From Nymphaea colorata (taxonomy: Eukaryota): 64,000 bases of DNA. Below the pieces are notes generated by a model. The model was not told the DNA's origin and searched no databases. It saw only the letters and a list, made by a program, of their open reading frames with translations. The translations under genes were made by a program, and so were the position numbers. Location of the stretch: assembly GCF_008831285.2 (NCBI RefSeq), contig NC_045138.2:26474001-26538000 (forward strand), read 5' to 3'. Shown piece after piece: positions 55,662 to 64,000 of the stretch (the first letter of the stretch is position 1; each line of letters begins with the position of its first letter).

Positions 55662-56490
55662 AAATATGGTGCAGATACACGTTATGGCGGTGGTCAGACT
55701 GCTTGCTACTTGCCCACTTCGTAGTTTATTGGCTGAGATATTGAGTGCGTACAACCGCATGAAAAGCGCCAGATGTTTACCATGATCTTTCTGGTTTTCT
55801 CGTAAACCCTTGATGGATGTCTGTCTTGCAAGAGATGTTTGCTATAGAAGAAAAGCTTTTTCAGGTGTACCGGACGGGCGAAACCGCATGCGCCCGTGCA
55901 CCCCCAATGCTTCAAACACGGTGAAACTCCTCATGAACAATATTACCCACGTCATAACTTGATACCTGAACTTTTTTTTTTTTCATAGGACAAAATCAGG
56001 TTTGAACTTTGAAAGGTCCTACTAATTTTTCCAAAATATTTCAGCCGCCGTATGCACGAAAAAGAATTTGCTTCAATCATTCTTCGATACCATCATACGC
56101 CCTCTTGGCTTAAAACTTTCTCTATTCCTCTCTCAACGAAAGTCTAGTCATTTGCTTGAAACATCTGATAAAAGAAGTGCACAATCTGGGTACTAGATCG
56201 TGACTTGCTCTCAGGGCAAGACACCATTCAGTCATACAAGATTTGGTTAGATTTACAGTTTCTCGAACCGACATGTTATATTTTCATGTTTTGTTGTTTT
56301 CTTTTCCATTTCTGCCACGATGAAACTGCACTCGGATGTGAGACTTGATTGCACCATTTGCATCGTAAAACCCCCGGCTAGTGACCCGGTCTCAGACTCT
56401 CAGATCATGAAATTCGAACCACCAATGCTTTTCAGACAGCTAAGGCCCAACGCCCACAGATCTGGGTTGGGTTACAAATTATCCTTACCC

Positions 56491-56494
<4 letters not shown>

Positions 56495-56530
<36 letters not shown>
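56495..56530. repeat. (GA)n microsatellite
   Basis: Directly visible. Confidence 0.95.
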
Positions 56531-56533
<3 letters not shown>

Positions 56534-57330
56534 GAAATTACCAGAGCCAAACGATCAGATCTTGCTATCTGATAATAATATGAAAAACAAAAACAGAATA
56601 AAATGAAAATGAACAAGTAAAAAAGCAAAATGTAAAGCGAGAAAATTATGCACTAGTAGGAACATGGTACTTATTCCAAATGTTTGCTGAATATTATATC
56701 TTACTGTGTTATGTCAAAAGTTGGAAAAAACAGAACAGTATGATAGAGGAGACTAGAGCACCGAGAAGAAGATAAATCCTCCATAAACTTATAATAAGCC
56801 CCTATTGGTCTAAAGCGTAACATGATAGGCTAAGTATTATTTGGGTTCTACTCTGGATTACTAATCACTAACCAGAAACATCTGCACTATAAGCCATCAA
56901 GTCTGAACTCCCAAGCCTAAGAAAAAAATCATAAATGGCAACAGAACCAAATTACATTAGAACTTTCGAAGACTTGACCATGTCAAATAATGACAATCAA
57001 ACGATGAGATGTTCTGTCCCACTTTTTTCCTTTTTTAGGCTTTGGAATTGAGGCTGAGCCCCAGTCGACGACAAAAGATGAAATGCTACTACATTTTTAT
57101 AAAATTAACAGAATTTTAACTAAACGGGAGAGCAGTAAAGCATCCCGAGTTTTCCGACCTTCCATCCATTTATGACTGAAAGAACAGAAACAACGCAACG
57201 TCAATATGCACCCCGTGTCAGCTTGATCACGTCCACATGGCGGTTTCTTCATCATCAACAAAAGGATCCAAGATGCACGTTTGAGGCATTTATCATATCC
57301 AACAAGCAGCGTCAACAAAACAATAATGTT

Positions 57331-59252
57331 TCAAAATTTTAGATCAGTGGTCCATGTGCCCTGCACACTAGGATGCTTCGTGACATGTCTGGTCTTCAAC
57401 TTGACCACTTTCCTTCCTAATGCATTTCTTAGACCGGTCGCATACTGCAGTATCTCTTCAGGAGTCATATTCTTGACACATATAACTCGTTCGTTTTTGT
57501 TTTCTGCATGAATTAAAATAAAAAGATCATAAGTAGAACATATTTTCCACTCGAATGCAGTTGCAAACGGTTTAGCATTTCATGACGGTTCAAGTAAAAA
57601 GCAGCAATTCTACAACAATTTCCGTCTGTTTCTTGGAAAAGAAAAACATAAAGAAGCACAACTCGTATTTGAAAAAGCGAATGTTCACAAATCTTACTGA
57701 AGTAGCCCTTCAGGTGTGGATGCTGACCCCGAATAAGCTCAGTAACTACTTCTAGCTGAGGGTTACCTTCACTGAACGCTGGCAGATGGGACTCCATGAA
57801 TGCCCTGCAATCTCATAGCACCCATACTTTCAAAGAGAGTTGCTTAACATTATTTAATTAATTACAGAAAACTCGACCACTGTCCAGTAAAGGAAAACGG
57901 CAATTTTCTAATGTTATGACAAGCACAACAATAAACAAGTTAGTATATCACAAGCTAGAGAACCTTTATCGGGCTAAAGGCAACCCATGATTGATGGGAT
58001 ATCGCAGGAATGACTGATTAAGGTGGCCTCCACCCAGTGGCTTATCTAGAACCAACATATGTAAGAAAAACTGGATTTGTGATATATATTTTGCCTCAGG
58101 TTTTAGGACAAACATAAGATCATATTGGCCTTGGCCAGGCCAAATCTGTTTAAACCACCTTGTTATTGAAGAAAATAAGCTGTGCCAGATCATCTTGCAA
58201 GTTATCTGCATTTTCCTCCTGAAATCTCCACTTGTGCAATTCGTCTCACAATTTCCATAAAACCAAAAGAATGAGATTATGGAAGCTCAATTTCACGTTG
58301 TTCTTTAATGAACTGGTTGTAGTTATGAACTTATGAGAAACATATTTCAAACTTTCATGTATTATGGAGTTTATGATATATCCCATATGACTTGTGATAT
58401 ATATGCAACCTTACTTCATCAAGTTGTCATTCGATTTAACTCACATGGAACCAGTTCAGCCCCCAACTTTGCCTAACAGCATGCAAGTGGATCCAATCAC
58501 AACCCCGTTGAGGTGAAATGTCAAGTTAAATAGGTTTTAACTGGTCCTAAGCTAGGAGATGAAGTCATGTAGATTGCCTACACCCTATGACTATTCTTTT
58601 AGACTCCATACTGTGAAACCATAATTCTCCATCAAGATTTAGGCTATTCAATCTTCCAACAAGCAATTATTCTTTGGCTTAAACTTGTGTTAGGGATAAA
58701 TTCAAGATCATGTTTCGCTTGACTATCATTACACAAATGATATTTGGATTTGGAAAGGGTCAACACAGTTATAAGATGGAAGAATAGAAAAGCAAAACAA
58801 GAAACAAAAGCAAGAACAATAGTTTTGCTATGTCAACATGAAGAAAGAAGCAAGAAGGCTTATGCACAGTCACTTTGCTTAGCTCACTCGTTCCCTCTTG
58901 GCATGATATGATACCAATGTTGCAACACACTTCATGAGCATGAACAAACCAACCTATGAGGGTTGATAAGCGCAATTAACTATTGTTTGTTTCCTTGATG
59001 TTCTTCATCTCAGATTGTGTGGTGGTTTCAAGATTATCTAGCTAAACTCCATGAATGAGAACATAAGTTCTAGACCCTTGAGAATACAATCAGAAAGAAA
59101 GGTGATAAAAATAGAGAGACTTATGTAGGCTACACTTCAAAAACAGCAACCTAAAGCATCGAAATGGATCACCTTATTCCTCGACTGCTTCCACCCCAGT
59201 CACAGTAGCTGACAACCAGCTTCTTCAGCTGCCAAACCCCTCTCAATGCCAT
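57331..59252 (-). CDS. MRPL43: Mitochondrial large ribosomal subunit protein mL43 (yeast 54S L51; L51/S25/CI-B8 family), 119 aa
   Basis: Exons 59252-59173, 57804-57698, 57503-57331 (360 nt). Protein MALRGVWQLKKLVVSYCDWGGSSRGIRAFMESHLPAFSEGNPQLEVVTELIRGQHPHLKGYFKNKNERVICVKNMTPEEILQYATGLRNALGRKVVKLKTRHVTKHPSVQGTWTTDLKF. Confidence 0.96.
57966..58211 (-). mobile_element. Possible degenerate L1 zf-RVT remnant in mL43 coding intron 1
   Basis: The ORF-track peptide WFKQIW...ISQIQFFLHMLVLDK loosely resembles the W.K.IW...P.K...F.W.L...KL pattern of plant L1 zf-RVT; the cysteine cluster is not preserved. Confidence 0.25.
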
Positions 59253-60410
59253 TCCACCTCTTCAACTATTCTTGAACAAAAGAACTTAAAATCCGTCTAC
59301 CATGGGAAAAGATTGCAGTTAGGGATTTGCTTAATAAAGTAATACAAGTGGACTTTTCTAAAAGGTTTTGAGAAGAAAAGAGAGAGAGAGAGAGAGAGAA
59401 TGTCACATCTAGAATGCAATGTCAGTTCCCTCACTACACAAGAACAAGAGGAAATTCAGATCACAAACTTCTAGAGGAGAAAGGTCAAAACAGTTGACAA
59501 TTTGGATTGTTGCCCTCCACATACAAAGGGATAGGGAACACCAGGAGTAGAGAAACATAATTAAAGAACCCCATAAAATATCGCTAGCTATGTAAAGGAT
59601 CCAACTGAGCCATCCTTGCACTACGAGGCCCTTGGTGAAGCTCAACACGATGCTAAAGATTAAGACAGAGCTTGAGATCGAACTTATATCTATCACTAAG
59701 AAAACCAAACCAAGCCAACCTTTTTCTTCCAATAGCAGGGTAGAAGAAGCCCATCAATTTGTTCCTTTTAAGTCCCCCAAACACAAGCTACAAGAATGAG
59801 TTCAACTCAAAATTGTCTAAGGAATTTATTCGATATATTCAACTCAACCCACTGTTGCCCTTTTTTTTTCAAAACCATGCATTTGCAGATTATGAGAAAA
59901 AAGACCAATCATTTTCGCAATCTTCTCCATTGTTTTTCATGTTCAATCGTATACTCCCATTTCAAAGAAGTACCAATCACAGCTTTTGTCTATCCCCACT
60001 CATTCCCTCAGAAAATCAAAAGCGCCAATCGCGAGAAAATTCTAGTTCATACCGCCAATGCCAGAAACTTGAAGCTAAACAAACAAAATGAAAAATAATA
60101 GAAAAGCTATCCTTTTCACCTTCTATGAATCAGTTCCCGAAACCCAATTCCTCCCCGCGAAGACGGCACGATTGAAGCAATAGAGAAGGGCCCTCACCGA
60201 TGCGAACGGAGTTATCGGTACATTACCCCCATCTATCAGAATCCGCGCGACTACATTTCATCTCCCATCACTTCAACCAGTTGGAGAATAAACCACGCGA
60301 CAAACCCCGGAATGGCGACATTGGGAGGTAGCAATAGAGAGAGAGAGAGCGAGAGGGAGACAGAGAGAGAAAGAGAGGGAGACAGAGAGAGAGAGAGAAA
60401 GAGAGGTTAC

Positions 60411-60500
60411 CTTCGACTCAGAAAAGCTTGGGAGTACGGCCTGTGTGCGCCCGAGAGCGAGGAGATGCAAGCGTGAAAAATGCGACAGCGGGGGGAGCAA
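60411..60500 (-). other. Probable 5'UTR leader exon of mL43 (leader intron 60410-59271)
   Basis: GC-rich segment ending AAG|GTAACC followed by a (CT)-rich run on the sense strand; acceptor tttgttcaag 18 nt upstream of the ATG. The upstream boundary is approximate. Confidence 0.6.
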
Positions 60501-62712
60501 AGCACGAGCCCCCTACGGTGCCGTGGGTCGGATGATTTCGATGAAGGACAAGAAGCTGTGTTCGGAACAATCTGTCGCAAATGTCTTTTCGTCCCGCGTT
60601 TGACAAGTTTAACATGTTTTATGGAACACTGAATTATTAGAACGCTAAGTTCCTGTTATCAAACGTCCTCACGCAGACAGTTGGTTAAACGTTTCATATA
60701 TCAATCTCCATGTTAGCTGACCAACACGGGAACACGTCTTCCGGTATTTCATTAGAAGGGTATTTATGTCATTTACAAAAAAGAAAATTTTTAAGAACCC
60801 TTACAATGGAAGGCCTTCTATTTCATCATCAAAAGATAAATGTTTGTTACATAAAACATTTCATTTCCCTGTTTTTTTAGTATGCCCTAGATATGTAAAT
60901 CTGTCAATTCGATTCAAGAACCGATTGACTGCTCATAGAAAATCAGCCGATTTGATGTCAAATCGGCTAAATTCATCAATGAAGTTTCTCTTGTTTTATT
61001 TTTTAAGCTTAGGTAGCAAAAAAGTTGCACACACAATTACAACTTACAAGTGAAAAGTCTTGATGAAAACTGATAAAAGCTTGCTGTGTCCAGAAAAAAG
61101 ATGGCAAGACCTTTTCTACTCACTAAAAAAAAACTTCAAAAAATATGTTTTTCACAAAGCAGCATAGTATACATTGAATAGACCCGGAAATATGGTTTTA
61201 AAGAGTGTGAATCCCCATGATAGAGAAGCACTCTTGTTTACCCTCATTATTTGCAAATTTGGTACAGTTGCAACCGAGTTATCATTTTTTTTTAGACTTT
61301 ACCTTTTCCCTTAAAAGTGTATTTTTTTTTACGCTACTTTGCATTTTTTCTAATTAACACGTTGTCATTTTTCTCTTAAGTGCCTTGGTACTCTCACATG
61401 AAAAACATTTTTTTTTTAAAAAATTTAAAATACAAATTTTAATCAATCCGATTCACAAACATTGGTGCTTTCTTAACATTTAAACTTATTTCTTATGGTT
61501 TAGCTTGGTCTGACCCAAACGGCCAGACCTGTTCCACGTGGGTATGCGGCCAAACTTCCAAAGAATTACCTGGATCTTAGGTAACCAAACTTCCAAAGAG
61601 TGCCCACAATGATAATATCAATAAGAGACAGAGACATCAAACCACTCACAATGCCAATGATAACCTTCGTGGCTTTGGGCTTTAAAAACCGATGCAAAGA
61701 TTCATAAAACAACCATATGAAACATCTAAAATCTTTTGAGATCAACAATAAAAAAGATTTACAAATCTCTTTCTTGCTCTCTTTTATCTATCTATGTCAA
61801 ACAAGTAAGGGTACAGGTGCTGGTTAATCTTACTACAGCGTTATGGTGGTAATTATATATTTGTTTAATTAAAAAATAAAAAAAAAAACAAATAATATCA
61901 TCACATCATTAAGATAATTAAACAAGCAAGTAACTTAAATATACTCCAAAAACATAAAACAACATAACAAGTCAACAACAATTGCATAGTGCATTTAAGT
62001 TATAAATAACAAATTAACGAACATGTGTGAGAACTCAACAAGGGCATATGCAAAACCAAGCAATCTCCAAGTGAGCAACAATTCTGCATCATAAAAACAT
62101 GCAATGCATTAACCATCACAAGTTCCGTGGTGTGACCTACGAACCACTCGCGAACAGCTGGACGACTCCTCCAGTTGACTCATTTAGTCCATTTCAAAAA
62201 TTGCAAGTTACAGTTTTCACAAAAGAGAAAGAGAGCGGCAAAATCTTCTTCAAGCCACAAGAAAAGAATATGCTCTCTTCCCCAATATAATACCCATACG
62301 AAATCCGAAATAAAGTAAAGGAAGAGGGAGTAGACCAAAGCGGCCTGCAAGAACCTAAAAAGCATCGGACAAAAAAAGGGCAGCAAACGTGCTACTCTGC
62401 CATTCTTGCTGCCTGCAAGGGAGGACCCAGCCACCGGCAACAGATTCCACCGGAATGTGCTTCCAATTTAAGATGGCGAACCAGTTATGAACAAGCCATC
62501 AATTTTGGGAAACTAGAAAGAAGAACAAATCCAGCAACAATCGAAATCAAAACTAGAAAGAAACAGATCGGAACCCCAAAAATCGAAACGAAACGAAACA
62601 AACAAACGAAGAAACTTGCCGTCGGTGTTGCGGACTCACCGTCCGCCGCCAGCCACAAACACCCACTGGAAGATCAAAGAAAATCAAGGTTTGTTTTAAC
62701 ATTTTATCGAGG

Positions 62713-62822
62713 TTTGGATCTGGTTCCCACCCAAAACCAGATCCAAATGTGCCACAACATACCCACGTACCCATTTTGCCGTACCGGCGTCTCGGTACAG
62801 GTACGTGGGTCGTTGTGGTGTA
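62713..62822. repeat. Two adjacent inverted repeats (stem-loops)
   Basis: tttggatctggtt/aaccagatccaaa (13-bp perfect stem, 62713-62747), then nested ccacaac/gttgtgg, acccacgtacc/ggtacgtgggt and gtaccg/cggtac (62752-62818). Confidence 0.85.
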
Positions 62823-63662
62823 CCATGGGACATAGCTATCTATCACCCATGCATTCATGAAACAGACTTTACACGAAATGCAAACTTCACAGGAGTCCAT
62901 AATGAAAATTAAAACAAATCATAGAAGCTAAACACATTCAAATTCAACTTATCCATTGTAACCATTTTGGATGCAAAATCAGAAGCAAAAAACAAAACAG
63001 ATCTCAAGGCCTTAAAGCATGCGATTGCATGATGGAAACTTACCAGAGTCTTCTTGCCTGCCGCTCAGACAACCAACCTTCCAAAGAATCCAGGCATTCA
63101 AACATATGAAAAAGACGAGACAGCAAAGCGTTCATCAAGCCAATTATAATCTTACCCTTAGGCATGAAGGACTCTTATGTGCAGGATAGATCCATCAAAC
63201 AACCATATCAAATGATTAAAACACAATGAGCTCAACAATAAAAGGATCTAGAAATCTCTCACACGTCCATGCACTCATGAAACATGACCTTCGGCAAGAT
63301 TGTAGGGCCGGAATAGTCATGACTCCAAATTGTTCTTTACGGGTTCGTTTGGTAAATGGAACACTCATAAAGTGTTCCATGTATCTGCCCTAAAAATTAG
63401 GGTAGATTCATAAAGACCTAGTTCAAGTGTAGGATTGCACCACTCTGTCTGCAATACTTGTATAAATCTCTTCTATCAATGGTACCGTTTTATCCACCAA
63501 GCTAGAGAAATAGAGACAAGGCAATATGCAGTACTGAGTTTCTGCTCAACTTCATTTTTTGTCGGTTATATGGTAGTTAAGCTGATGATTGACTTAGGAA
63601 TTCCACAATTTTATAACATAGAAAAGTTGACATTTTTTTAGACCATCCACTGATTTTACTGG

Positions 63663-63747
63663 GATGGATCTTGCCAGTGGCTTTTTTTTATAGTGAAATC
63701 CTTATGATGGATCTTGCCAGTGGCTTTTTTTATAGTGAAATCCTTAT
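63663..63747. repeat. Near-perfect 43/42-bp tandem duplication
   Basis: gatggatcttgccagtggc(t)natagtgaaatccttat x2, differing only in T-run length. Confidence 0.93.
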
Positions 63748-64000
63748 TTTTCAGCTATCACTGCATTTCCACGATAGACTGTTCACATTTTAATAATTTT
63801 CACGATAACCCATGTCTGGCTTCATCCTTCATGAAAATATGGCTTCCCTAGCTGCGAAAAATTCCTATTACAGTTATAACTATCTCGGTAAATTAACATA
63901 GGACCCCTTAATAAGATGCAACCCATAGAATTTGTGTGAGATTGGAGAAATAAGGGTGGCACTGTATAATTTAGCTTCTTCTTGAGGCACAGAAAGTGGC

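Noticed and set aside
59401..59757. Solo LTR (TGTCAC...CATCA) in the mL43 leader intron
   Set aside because: The 5-bp flanks (gagaa / atttg) do not form a TSD, and there is no PBS or PPT.
1..64000. A functionally linked gene cluster or novel multi-gene system
   Set aside because: The seven genes serve unrelated housekeeping roles (retromer, plastid methyltransferase, splicing, chromatin, 3'-end processing, complex I, mitoribosome); the adjacency looks like ordinary plant gene order.

Overview
Gene-dense, intron-rich nuclear DNA of a flowering plant (species cannot be determined from the window; (GA)n/(TA)n microsatellites are abundant). I spliced seven conserved genes by hand, and all have in-frame exon chains: VPS35 (-, runs off the left edge), a probably plastid-targeted class I SAM methyltransferase (+), CWF19L2/CwfJ-like spliceosome factor (+), CABIN1 of the HIRA histone chaperone complex (-), CLP1/CLPS3-like RNA kinase and 3'-end factor (-), plant-specific mitochondrial complex I subunit P1 (+), and mitoribosomal mL43/L51 (-). 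There is no rRNA, tRNA, CRISPR or prokaryotic-type system. The most novel item is absent from the ORF track: a two-exon, signal-peptide-bearing, Cys-rich small peptide gene at about 55.18-55.66 kb, broken by two single-base frameshifts (pseudogene or assembly indels). Other points of interest: a GC-AG intron and an ATG-only first coding exon in CABIN1, candidate 3'UTR introns on either side of the NMD distance rule, a uORF/alternative-acceptor switch in CWF19L2, a MITE-like insert, faint L1 remnants, several tandem duplications and twin hairpins near 62.7 kb. Family assignments and Arabidopsis IDs come from recall of the sequences, not from database searches.
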